From positions 1 to 25,706 of IMG/VR virus record IMGVR_UViG_3300018039_000017: DNA of 25,706 nt. One strand, 5' to 3'. Made by a program: the position numbers and the translations under genes. The DNA is from a virus. Its lineage: Duplodnaviria; Caudoviricetes. Below are positions 7,865 through 16,260 of this stretch, piece by piece. The number at the start of each line of letters is the position of its first letter. The first letter of the stretch is position 1. The notes beneath the pieces are model-generated. The model did no database searches. It saw only the letters and a program-made list of their open reading frames with translations, and had not been told where the DNA came from.

Positions 7865-9761
7865 TTTGCCGTTTGGTTTGCTTGCGAGAAACCGCCGGGC
7901 GGAACAACGGGCAAACCGAACGAAGCAAATGCAACGTTGGCAATTGATTCATTCCCGGCAAGAGCGAATAACATTCAACGCAAACGTTCGATTCTTTCGG
8001 CAAGTTGAAAAGAATGTTGTTCGCCGGTTTGAAGATTCGCGCGGCAACGCATCAATCGAAGATTTGTTTCGTGGTGAATCGTGGCGCGATGAATTCAATT
8101 CTTTCATGCTTCCGTTATGGAATCAAACGATTTGGACGGGCGTCAAATTTGAAGCCGATTACATTGAAGCGGCGTTTGGCGATGGGGAAGATTCGGAACG
8201 TCAACGGCTGGATCCGGAAGCCGAACGCATTCTTTTGGAAGGGGATCCACCGCCCTCGATTTATGTTGAACCGGATGAAGTTACAAAGGCCCGGATCCGA
8301 ACTTGGTTGCGGGGCCGGGCGGTTGGCGTTTGGAACCGGATAGGCGAAACAACAAAGGCCCGAATTCGGCGTTCGATCAACAAAGGCATTCGCGACGGTT
8401 TGAAGTTCAACGAAATGGCGGATTTGTTGCGGGCCGATCTTGCCGGTTACACGCGGGCGCAAGCGCGGCGGGTTGCCAGAACGGAAACAACCGGGGCAAT
8501 CAATAACGGCCAATATCTTGAACGCAAAGAACTTGGTATTGAAAAAAAGATTTGGATCATGCGGCAAGATGTAAAGGTTCGGCAACCGCCAAAATCCGAA
8601 TTCAACCATTGGAAGGCGCATCGGCAAGTTCAGTTGAATGATGAACCGTTTATTGTCTCGAATGAACCGTTGATGTTTCCGGGCGATTCACGCGGTTCGG
8701 CTGGCAACGTTATCAATTGCCGATGTTCCGGGTTGTCTCATTTCGACGATAAGCCGACACGGCGCAAGGCCCGGCCCGTTGCGCCGATCAATGCCGGAAC
8801 TCCGCAAAGCCGTTTGATTCCGAAAGGCCCGGTTAATCGGAACGTTCCGATTGAGGATCGAATTAAAAATGAAGCGGCGTTGCGAGAATTGCGCGAACAG
8901 ATTACCGCAAACTATAAATCGTTGAACGCCGAAGCGAACAAAGCGAAACGCAAGGCAATTGACGATTATTACGAAGCGAATAAAAAGGCCATTCGGCTGA
9001 CAGTCGATAAGGCGGATCCGGAAGATATTCTTGCGGCGCGCAATGAACGGAATGCGGCGATTGATCGTTATGTTGAAATCAAAAAGCAAGCGGCGGCGGC
9101 TGACGAACTTTCATACCAACAATCGCAAAAAATGTTTTCCGAAATTGCCGTTCCGCAAAACCGGCGCGGTTCGCTGAATATCGATTTGACGAACATCAAA
9201 AACAAAACGACGGTTCGCAAGGCAAACGAATCGGTTGATTTTCTGGAAAAGATCGTTGACCGATCAAACTTGCCCGAAGATCATGTTATGAACTTCAAGC
9301 AATTGCGAAAGAATCAACGCGCATATGCGACGGGCCGAAAGCAAAGTTCGCGAGTTCATTTGACGATCCATGATGATCTTGGAACTTACGCGCATGAAAT
9401 GGCGCATACGATTGAAATGCGTTCGCCGGGCGTTCTCGATTCATGCGAAGAATTTATTCGGTATCGAATCAAAAAGGCGGGAACGCAAAGCGAACGATTG
9501 AAAAAAGTTTTCCCGGAAAGCGGTTACAGTTATAAGGAAATCGGAAACAAAGACGGCTTTGAAACGTTGGTTCGCGAAATGGGGCGAAGCGATTCCCACG
9601 CGTACTATATTGGCAAAACATACGAAACCGGAATGCGGCTTGAAGCGACCGAAGTTTTATCAATGGGCGTTGAATTTCTTTATGCCGATCCGGTTACGTT
9701 CGCGAAAACAGATCCGGAATTCTTTGATTTCATCGTTGGAGTTTTGAGGGGCGTTTTATGA
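7857..9761 (+). CDS. MuF/SPP1 gp7-like head morphogenesis protein with a C-terminal HExxH metallopeptidase-like extension (634 aa)
   Basis: MuF motifs ARRVARTET, KKIW, H...H, LMFPGD and NVINCRC (ending ~8726). A coiled linker follows, then YAHEMAHTIE (HEMAH at 9393-9407) and ATEVLSMGVE. Start reassigned to the ATG at 7857, overlapping the portal stop. Confidence 0.88.
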   Translation: MNDLPFGLLARNRRAEQRANRTKQMQRWQLIHSRQERITFNANVRFFRQVEKNVVRRFEDSRGNASIEDLFRGESWRDEFNSFMLPLWNQTIWTGVKFEADYIEAAFGDGEDSERQRLDPEAERILLEGDPPPSIYVEPDEVTKARIRTWLRGRAVGVWNRIGETTKARIRRSINKGIRDGLKFNEMADLLRADLAGYTRAQARRVARTETTGAINNGQYLERKELGIEKKIWIMRQDVKVRQPPKSEFNHWKAHRQVQLNDEPFIVSNEPLMFPGDSRGSAGNVINCRCSGLSHFDDKPTRRKARPVAPINAGTPQSRLIPKGPVNRNVPIEDRIKNEAALRELREQITANYKSLNAEANKAKRKAIDDYYEANKKAIRLTVDKADPEDILAARNERNAAIDRYVEIKKQAAAADELSYQQSQKMFSEIAVPQNRRGSLNIDLTNIKNKTTVRKANESVDFLEKIVDRSNLPEDHVMNFKQLRKNQRAYATGRKQSSRVHLTIHDDLGTYAHEMAHTIEMRSPGVLDSCEEFIRYRIKKAGTQSERLKKVFPESGYSYKEIGNKDGFETLVREMGRSDSHAYYIGKTYETGMRLEATEVLSMGVEFLYADPVTFAKTDPEFFDFIVGVLRGVL

Positions 9762-9994
9762 TACGGCTGAAACGCGGGAAGGAAACGTTGGCAAGGTTGA
9801 ACGCCGATTTGGTTTGGCTTTCGACGAATGAAACGCTTGCCGAACTTTTGAATGAAGCAACCGAACCATTGCTTCCGGTTCATCCGGCGGAAGGGGATCC
9901 GGGTTTGTTCATCGCGAATCAATTGGTTTCGCGGCTGGAAATCCCGGCAAAGGTAGCCGATTCGCGGAAAAAGATTATTTCAAGAATTTTTTGA
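9758..9994 (+). CDS. small protein coupled to MuF-peptidase, candidate immunity/partner (78 aa)
   Basis: ATGA overlap with the MuF stop and GAGGGG upstream. Function inferred from position only. Confidence 0.6.
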   Translation: MIRLKRGKETLARLNADLVWLSTNETLAELLNEATEPLLPVHPAEGDPGLFIANQLVSRLEIPAKVADSRKKIISRIF

Positions 9995-10000
9995 TTTTCT

Positions 10001-10040
10001 TGTGATATCACATTGACCGAACGCCGATAAGTGATATCAT
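10001..10040 (+). promoter_or_regulatory. sigma70-type promoter flanked by two palindromic operator boxes
   Basis: Perfect palindrome TGTGATATCACA (10001-10012) abuts TTGACC (-35, 10013-10018). A second GTGATATCA (10031-10039) overlaps an extended -10 TGnTATCAT (10032-10040); spacer 16 nt. Confidence 0.7.
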
Positions 10041-10096
10041 ACAATTGTTGAAGGCAAGGCAACAACAAATCAAACTTTTTTGAAAGGCGCGGAACT

Positions 10097-10552
10097 ATGA
10101 TGACTCTCGAAACAAACGAAGCTTTGGAAATCTTGAATCCCTGTTGTGTTCTTACCGTTGATGCGGAAGTGAAACGGCTTCGCGGCGAAATGGAACTTGA
10201 CGAACTTTTCGCCGATTGGTCGGATGAAAAGAAAAACAAATTCGCAACCGATTACGAAGAAAATTTGCGAATCAATGAAAAGCTTGAAAACGCCGGGGTT
10301 GAAATCAAAACCGAACGGCATCTTGCGAAGATGACGAACATCGAAACCGTTTGGGGCGGGCATCTGAAAAACGCAACATGCCATTACGTTCGCCGGGTTG
10401 TTGTTTCGGGCAATACTTTTCCGATCAAAGACGCAATCAAATCGCTTGGCTTTAAATGGGAACGGCATGAAAAACAATGGGTTCGCGTTGCAAAGCGGGG
10501 CGTTGGTCGCGAAGCGAATGAAGTTCGCGAAGCATTGGCAAAGCTGGTTTGA
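10097..10552 (+). CDS. moron gene 1, hypothetical with C-terminal GNTFPIKDAIKSLGFKW domain (DUF5710/HARP-like)
   Basis: GAAAGGCGC at 10082-10090; C-terminal SGNTFPIKDAIKSLGFKWERHEKQW motif, common in phage small proteins. Confidence 0.8.
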   Translation: MMTLETNEALEILNPCCVLTVDAEVKRLRGEMELDELFADWSDEKKNKFATDYEENLRINEKLENAGVEIKTERHLAKMTNIETVWGGHLKNATCHYVRRVVVSGNTFPIKDAIKSLGFKWERHEKQWVRVAKRGVGREANEVREALAKLV

Positions 10553-10560
10553 TTCAACCG

Positions 10561-10590
10561 GGGCCGTCGAAAGGCGGCCCGTTTTTTTCT
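10561..10590 (+). terminator. intrinsic terminator
   Basis: GGGCCGTC-GAAA-GGCGGCCC hairpin followed by G and T7. Confidence 0.85.
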
Positions 10591-10614
10591 CTCATTCACT
10601 CGAAAGGCAAGGCA

Positions 10615-10965
10615 ATGGAAATTTATGTTTCTCCGGATTATGTTCAAGAGTTGGGCGAAGATGGGCCGTTTACGGCAACGAAATTTCACGTTGAAGCCGT
10701 TTACTATGACGGGCGGCGATATCATCATTTCAAACTGTTTGATCGGCTGGAAGATGCCGAACGGCTGAAAGAACGAATTGAATTCGCGGGCAAGTTGATC
10801 AAACCGGAATCGTCGGATTATTGGATTCGCGGGTTTGATGTTTACGGTTCAACGGCGTTTGAAGCGAACAACGGCGAAGGGCAACTTGCGAAAGCCGATG
10901 TTGAAGCCGAATATGGGCCGGGAACGTATCAACCGAATCATCCGGGTTATATTGGCCCGGCATGA
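10615..10965 (+). CDS. moron gene 2, acidic hypothetical protein (116 aa)
   Basis: ATG at 10615 with GAAAGGCAAGG upstream. The longer track start at 10549 runs through the terminator. Confidence 0.8.
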   Translation: MEIYVSPDYVQELGEDGPFTATKFHVEAVYYDGRRYHHFKLFDRLEDAERLKERIEFAGKLIKPESSDYWIRGFDVYGSTAFEANNGEGQLAKADVEAEYGPGTYQPNHPGYIGPA

Positions 10966-10989
10966 TTTGAGGCCGATACGGGCGAAACT

Positions 10990-11016
10990 GGCGCTTCTCA
11001 CGAAGCGCCTTTTTTT
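10990..11016 (+). terminator. intrinsic terminator
   Basis: GGCGCTTC-TCAC-GAAGCGCC perfect 8-bp stem followed by T7. Confidence 0.88.
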
Positions 11017-11034
11017 ATGCGCGGGCGTTTCGGG

Positions 11035-11064
11035 TTGCGAAAAATTGCGGAAGCGGCTTAGATT
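11035..11064 (+). promoter_or_regulatory. putative promoter restarting transcription of the head genes
   Basis: TTGCGA (11035-11040), 18 nt, TAGATT (11059-11064), immediately after the terminator and ahead of the ORF at 11122. Confidence 0.35.
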
Positions 11065-11121
11065 GTTTTCAGTTCGGCAAAAAAACCGTTTCAACTTTTT
11101 CAATTCTGAAAGGCGTTTACG

Positions 11122-11406
11122 ATGTCACGAATCAACAAAGTCGCGTTCAAAGTGAAAGGCGGCCCGACAAAGATCAAAAACTTTGACGGCATTAGCTCGA
11201 AATATGACGGCGAAAAACTTTCGGCTGCAAACAAAAAAGAAATTCGATCAATCGCGGCTGACCAATACGGCTGCAAAGAATCCGATATTATCTTTTCAGA
11301 CGAATACACCGTTCCGGAAAAGCAATCCGAAAAAGAAACCGAAACCAAAACCGAAACCGACAAGAACAAAACGGGCGATAATACCGGCGGCAATTCCGGG
11401 AAGTGA
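11122..11406 (+). CDS. hypothetical protein with low-complexity K/E/T tail (94 aa)
   Basis: GAAAGGCG at 11108-11115; fills the gap before the protease. Confidence 0.7.
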   Translation: MSRINKVAFKVKGGPTKIKNFDGISSKYDGEKLSAANKKEIRSIAADQYGCKESDIIFSDEYTVPEKQSEKETETKTETDKNKTGDNTGGNSGK

Positions 11407-11469
11407 TCAATCCCAACTGAAAACATTCAACCGAATCAAAACTTCGCCAAGCGGCAAAAGGGTTCAAAA

Positions 11470-12729
11470 ATGGTAAAACGAAATTTCGATGAACAGTATG
11501 AATCGAATGAACCGTTAATCGGTCAAGCGGCGCTTGCCGATATTGCGGAAAAACAACCGGGAATCATAACACCGCGCGGCGAAGTTTGTTCGGTCGAACA
11601 AAAAGCAACCATTCAGGAAAAAAGCGAAGCGGAAGGATCCGCAACGTTTGTCGTTGTCACGCGCGGCAAAGAGGAAAACCGACACGGCAACAAAGTTCAA
11701 ATCAAAGAAAACAAATACGGCGGGGGTTTGCTTGTCGATCAATACGCAATGAATCCCGTTGTTCTTTTTGAGCATGGACACGTTACGCCGATCCCGATGG
11801 GCATGGCGCAAAAAGATAAGGGTTCGCCGGTTGAACTCCGGATGAATTCGACGAAAGCGATTTCAAAAGTTTATTTCAATCAGGGGATTCAAATTGTTGA
11901 AGACGTTGCGAACTTGGTATTCGGCAACGCGATTCGCATGGCTTCAATCGGGTTCAACGTTCGCAAGGTTATGAAGCTTGCACGAAAACCAAATTCGACG
12001 GCGGAAGGCGTTGAAGACGTTACGCAATACTTTGGCGGGTATGATTTCGTTGAAGCGCTTTTGATGGAATGGAGCATTACCGTTTTGGGCGCGGATGCCG
12101 GGGCGCTGAAACAATCGGCAAGCCGAAAGGCCGTCAACGGGCATTCGCTTTCCGAACGAATGGTTCAATACTTGACGGCTGCGGCGGGGCCGTTGGTCAA
12201 ACAGAATCAAAGCGGCTTCAATGGCTGGAATGCGTTATGGAATCCCGACGAACCGCAAACGAAACAATCGGCGTTTTGGATGCCGGAAGATGATGAACCG
12301 CAAGGCGGAACGCAAACGCAATCAACCGAACCGAACGTTGAAGTTCTCCGATTCACTCCCGAAAAATTCCGCGAAATTATCAACAATGAAGTTCAATCGG
12401 CAATCGATAAGCTTTCCGAAGCGGGCAAAGCCGGGGCCGAATCCGGGCAACAGTACGCGCAAGAAATCGGGGCCGGGGTTGACAATAATTCCGGAAACGT
12501 CGAAATTCAGCAAAGTCAATCGGAAGAAATCATTCGGTTTGATCAAATCGAACAACAGTATTCCGAACAAAAAACGCAAAGCGAACCGCCGTTGACGGCG
12601 GAACAAATTGCGGCGGCGGTTACTCAGCAAGTGAACAATGCGTTGGAACCGCGATTTGAAAAGCTTGAAAAAGACGCGAACAAATTTGAACAACAGTTGC
12701 GGCAAGCAACCGGGCAATTGCCGGGATGA
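11470..12729 (+). CDS. HK97-type prohead maturation protease with C-terminal extension
   Basis: NRHGNKV, NPVVLFEH (catalytic His candidate), MASIGF (catalytic Ser candidate), LMEWSITVLGAD; Q/E-rich coiled C-terminus. Confidence 0.88.
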   Translation: MVKRNFDEQYESNEPLIGQAALADIAEKQPGIITPRGEVCSVEQKATIQEKSEAEGSATFVVVTRGKEENRHGNKVQIKENKYGGGLLVDQYAMNPVVLFEHGHVTPIPMGMAQKDKGSPVELRMNSTKAISKVYFNQGIQIVEDVANLVFGNAIRMASIGFNVRKVMKLARKPNSTAEGVEDVTQYFGGYDFVEALLMEWSITVLGADAGALKQSASRKAVNGHSLSERMVQYLTAAAGPLVKQNQSGFNGWNALWNPDEPQTKQSAFWMPEDDEPQGGTQTQSTEPNVEVLRFTPEKFREIINNEVQSAIDKLSEAGKAGAESGQQYAQEIGAGVDNNSGNVEIQQSQSEEIIRFDQIEQQYSEQKTQSEPPLTAEQIAAAVTQQVNNALEPRFEKLEKDANKFEQQLRQATGQLPG

Positions 12730-12896
12730 ATGAAATGGAAATCGAACGCGAAGCCGATAAAGCTTTGCGAGAAATAAAAATCAAATTGATCGAACGGTTG
12801 AAGGCCGGGCATGGTCAAATTGAAACCAACATCAAAATTCACGAATCGCGGGTTGCGATGTTGGACATAAAAGACGTTTCGCGATTCAAATTCTAA
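12726..12896 (+). CDS. 56-aa small protein, YezD/DUF2292-like (absent from ORF track)
   Basis: Translated by hand: MNEMEIEREADKALREIKIKLIERLKAGHGQIETNIKIHESRVAMLDIKDVSRFKF*. ATGA overlap with the protease stop; helix followed by G-x-I-x-x-x-I-K-I-H-x-x-R-V beta pattern. Confidence 0.7.
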   Translation: MNEMEIEREADKALREIKIKLIERLKAGHGQIETNIKIHESRVAMLDIKDVSRFKF

Positions 12897-12913
12897 TCAC
12901 GTTTAACCAATGC

Positions 12914-12980
12914 GGTTATCGGACAAACCGAAGCCAACAATGAAGTTCCTACGCGGGATCTTTGTTGACGGCTTTTTTTT
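12914..12980 (+). promoter_or_regulatory. overlapping antiterminator/terminator RNA structures (attenuator-like) upstream of the capsid gene
   Basis: Hairpin A is GGTT-A-TCGG-ACAAA-CCGA-AGCC (12914-12935). It shares AAGCC with terminator hairpin B (AAGCCAACAA...TTGTTGACGGCTT followed by T8 at 12973-12980). Confidence 0.6.
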
Positions 12981-13001
12981 ATGTTCTGGAGGATCCTTAG
13001 T

Positions 13002-14702
13002 ATGAATTTGCAGAAGAAAACTTTTCCCGGATTTTCCGGGGCAACAATGGCCGGGTTGAATTGCCGTTTGCCCGGTTTCAGACCTGCGTTGCAGGATGAA
13101 GAAAACGGCGACGGCGTTCCGGCGGGATCTTCCGGCGGCGGCGAAGGCGGCGGCAACGCTCTGAACGGCGGAACCACAGCCGCGCAGCAAACCCAAAACA
13201 ACGGCGGAACGAATGAAGGCGGCAACGCTCCGAACGTTCCGGCGGGAATCACGCAAACGCAACTTCAAGCGCTCGGCGGAATTGTTGCCGGGCAAGTACA
13301 ACAATCGGTCAACAACCGGTTGGATCAAATTGAACAACGCCAAAACCAGTTTTCCGAAACGCTGGAAGATTTGCGAAAACCGCAACAACAAAACGGCTTC
13401 GGCGGTTTCTTTGTTCGACAAGGCGAAGATCCTTTGACTTCGCGCGGATATGAATTTTGGCGGTTGATGTCGATGCGACAAGGCATCATCGCACAAGATC
13501 AATGCAAGGTTGAAATGGACATTCACAACACCTTGCACGATGCCTATGTGAAACATGGCTTTGAAAAGCATGATGCGAATTCGATTTTGATTCCGATTTC
13601 TTCGCAAGCTTTGGGCAACGTCGATATCGGTTTCAAAATGGAAATCCGACAACGGATGATTCAAGGCGTTGCCGGTTTCGATCCGGATCATGCGGCTTGG
13701 AGTTTGCAACGAACCGGAATGACTCGCCAACAGGCTCTTTCGACGGTCGATGATACCGGGCTTGGCGTTTTCCTCGGCCCGACTCAAATGGGCGAAATGA
13801 TTGATTTGCTTCGCGCGAAAGAAGTGTTTTCGCGGGCCGGGGCAACTCAAATCACGTTACCGCCGAACGGTCGAATCAAATTCAGCAAGCAAACCGGATC
13901 GGTGACGGCTGGATGGATCGGCGAAACGGCGGGCAACGAAACTTCGCCTTCAATGTCGCATTCGGAACCGTCAACGGGTTCGTTGAACATGCAAGCCAAA
14001 AAGCTTTATGTTCTGACGAAACTCCCGAACGAACTTTTGCGTTTCGGAAACAGTTCAGTTGAAGCATTCTTGCGAAACGATATGGCGATTTCAGCGGCGC
14101 TGAAACTCGATTCAACTTCGCTTGACGGCGTTGGATCTGGCGATGCTCCGACGGGACTGCTGAATTATTCCGGCGTTCTTACGCGGGATGCCGGAACGCT
14201 TGCGGCAAACGGGAACACGTTGGAACCGGAAGATCTTCAATTGATGATTTCGGATCTTGAACAACAGAATCATGATCCCGAATCGGAAGGCTTGACGTTC
14301 GTTATGCGTCCGGAACTTCACGCGCAAATCATGAATCGGCGCGCGTCGATTTACGATGGAAGTTCAACTTCGGAAGTTGGTCAATTCTTGTTCCGCGCAA
14401 ATCGCGATGATATCGCACGCGGAATGCCTTCAATGATCAACGGTTATCCGTCGTTGAAGTCAACGCAAGTTTCCAAAACCCGAACAAAGGGAAGCGGAAC
14501 CGATTTGACTTATTTGCTCGCGGGGATCTTCCGTCATTGGATCATTGCACGTTCGGGCGTTGCGGAATTCGCAACAACCGATTCGGGCGATACCGCGTTC
14601 ACGACCGATCAAACGTGGATGCGAATGATTCAGCATGTTGACGTTGGCCCGCGCTACGAAGACGCGTTCGTTTACGTCGATGATCTTTTGCGTGAAATCT
14701 GA
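13002..14702 (+). CDS. major capsid protein, HK97 fold, with long N-terminal scaffold-like region (566 aa)
   Basis: GGAGGA RBS at 12988-12993; MIDLLRAKEVFSRAGA, AGWIGE, KKLYVLTKLPNELLR, LDGVGSGDAPTGLLN, INGYP, FTTDQTWMRMIQHVDVGPRYEDAF. Confidence 0.93.
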   Translation: MNLQKKTFPGFSGATMAGLNCRLPGFRPALQDEENGDGVPAGSSGGGEGGGNALNGGTTAAQQTQNNGGTNEGGNAPNVPAGITQTQLQALGGIVAGQVQQSVNNRLDQIEQRQNQFSETLEDLRKPQQQNGFGGFFVRQGEDPLTSRGYEFWRLMSMRQGIIAQDQCKVEMDIHNTLHDAYVKHGFEKHDANSILIPISSQALGNVDIGFKMEIRQRMIQGVAGFDPDHAAWSLQRTGMTRQQALSTVDDTGLGVFLGPTQMGEMIDLLRAKEVFSRAGATQITLPPNGRIKFSKQTGSVTAGWIGETAGNETSPSMSHSEPSTGSLNMQAKKLYVLTKLPNELLRFGNSSVEAFLRNDMAISAALKLDSTSLDGVGSGDAPTGLLNYSGVLTRDAGTLAANGNTLEPEDLQLMISDLEQQNHDPESEGLTFVMRPELHAQIMNRRASIYDGSSTSEVGQFLFRANRDDIARGMPSMINGYPSLKSTQVSKTRTKGSGTDLTYLLAGIFRHWIIARSGVAEFATTDSGDTAFTTDQTWMRMIQHVDVGPRYEDAFVYVDDLLREI

Positions 14703-14708
14703 TTTTTG

Positions 14709-14775
14709 AAAACACGCGGGGCGGCGTTTCGTTCCCGGATTGCGCCTGCGATTCGTTTCCCCGCGCTGTTTTTTT
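14709..14775 (+). terminator. possible terminator after the capsid gene
   Basis: AAAACA-CGCGGGG...CCCCGCG-C-TGTTTTTTT inverted repeat with a large loop. Confidence 0.4.
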
Positions 14776-14835
14776 ACTTTCAACTTTTTCGGCGCATTAC
14801 TTTACAAATCAAATTCCAGTTCGGGAGTTACCAAA

Positions 14836-15240
14836 ATGGATTACAACGATTTTAGAACAAACGTAGCAATCAAACATTCGATTGAACCGGGTTTCAACCA
14901 AAGCGGCGACGGAACCAAAAACGGCGATACCGTTGACTGTCAAGGAACGTCAAACGATTCCGTTGTTCAAGCGGCGGTTTCAAACGGGGCGGCAACGGGT
15001 TCTCCGTCAAGTTATACGCTCGATTGGAAGATTCAAGAATCAGATGATGATTCAACTTGGAGCGATTGCGTTCAAAATCGCGCGACTCAAGTCACCGCTG
15101 ATGAGTCACCGCAATTGATTCAGGCCCGTCGGTCGGCGCGATACGTTCGCGTTGTTGCAACCGTTGCGTTCACCGGCGGAACTTCTCCGACGTTGGATCT
15201 CGGCGGTCAAATCCTGTTGAAAAAACGTTCGGCGGAATGA
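14836..15240 (+). CDS. probable capsid decoration/cement protein (beta-rich, 134 aa)
   Basis: GGGAG RBS; follows the capsid gene; motifs KIQESDDDSTWSD and RYVRVVATV. Confidence 0.7.
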   Translation: MDYNDFRTNVAIKHSIEPGFNQSGDGTKNGDTVDCQGTSNDSVVQAAVSNGAATGSPSSYTLDWKIQESDDDSTWSDCVQNRATQVTADESPQLIQARRSARYVRVVATVAFTGGTSPTLDLGGQILLKKRSAE

Positions 15241-15282
15241 TCTCCGTTTGACTGGTTTTTGATTTAATTCGGAATTGCTTCA

Positions 15283-15897
15283 ATGGCGCTTTTCAATCTT
15301 ACGGAACTGAAAACCTATTTGGGTATCACCGGAAACGATGAAGATGATCAACTTCAATTCATCGTTGACGGCGTTAATAAAGCGGCGGTTGAACAGTTGG
15401 AACGTGATATTGAAAGCGCCGAAGCAACCGAATACTACGACGGGCATGATGATAAAACGTTAATTCTTCAACGGCGGCCCGTTACGGCGGTTGCGGGCGT
15501 TTGGGTTGATCCAACGGGTTACGCCGGGCAAGGAACAAACGCATTCGCATCAACAACGGAATGGACGGCGGGGAGTGATTTCTTCATTCGGGATACCGGC
15601 GAAGACGAAGACAACGGCGGCATTCTGGAAGCGATTTCGCGAATTTGGCCCTTCGGTCGAAAAAACATCAAAGTTACTTATACGGCTGGTTATTCAACAG
15701 TTCCCGAAGATTTGAAGCTTGCGTTGTTAAAAACGGCGGCAATCGCGCGGAAAAAAATCGATGTCGTTGGGGATATCACCGGCGAAACAATCGGTTCGTA
15801 TTCTTATTCGATTGGCCAAAACGCGGCATCGGATCCATTGCTTTCGGATGTTGCGGCGGTTCTTTCGCATTACTCCGAAAAAACGATTGGATTCTGA
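15283..15897 (+). CDS. head-tail connector (HK97 gp6/SPP1 gp15-like)
   Basis: LTELKTYLGI...DDQL, VTYTAGY..VPEDLKLA and ETIGSYSYS motifs. Confidence 0.85.
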   Translation: MALFNLTELKTYLGITGNDEDDQLQFIVDGVNKAAVEQLERDIESAEATEYYDGHDDKTLILQRRPVTAVAGVWVDPTGYAGQGTNAFASTTEWTAGSDFFIRDTGEDEDNGGILEAISRIWPFGRKNIKVTYTAGYSTVPEDLKLALLKTAAIARKKIDVVGDITGETIGSYSYSIGQNAASDPLLSDVAAVLSHYSEKTIGF

Positions 15898-15900
15898 ACA

Positions 15901-16260
15901 ATGGCATTTCAAGCTTTGATGAAGGATAAATGCGATATCTTGCGTCCGAACGACACGTTCGATGCGGGCGAAATCATCAAAGGAACTCCGACAACAGTTA
16001 AATCAAATCAAAAATGTTTATTGCAAGAAAAACCCGGTTCGATCATTCATCATGAATCGGGAAAAGAATTGCGCTTTGATGCAACGCTTTTTCTTCCGTA
16101 CAACGCGAATATCAAACCGCAAGCCGATGATGATGTGAACGATTCTATTGAAATGAAAAACCCAAAATCGGGAAGTTACGAAGTTCTTTGGGTTGGAGAT
16201 ATTGCCGGGCAACGGCATCATCTTGAAGCAAAGTTGAAACGCATTTTGAAAGTTGATTGA
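15901..16260 (+). CDS. head closure/stopper protein
   Basis: Position, size (119 aa), C-terminal YEVLWV...HHLEAKLKR. Confidence 0.7.
   Translation: MAFQALMKDKCDILRPNDTFDAGEIIKGTPTTVKSNQKCLLQEKPGSIIHHESGKELRFDATLFLPYNANIKPQADDDVNDSIEMKNPKSGSYEVLWVGDIAGQRHHLEAKLKRILKVD

Noticed and set aside
10960-10995. Hammerhead-ribozyme-like string TGATTTGAGGCC-GATACG-GGCGAAAC
   Set aside because: The core deviates from CUGANGA, stem II is out of register, and no convincing stem I/III or cleavage triplet was found.
12903-13850. 315-aa minus-strand ORF and other long antisense ORFs (e.g. 3413-3931, 22175-22819)
   Set aside because: They fully overlap well-supported + strand genes and have no motifs. Scarcity of CTA/TTA on the + strand makes long antisense frames expected.
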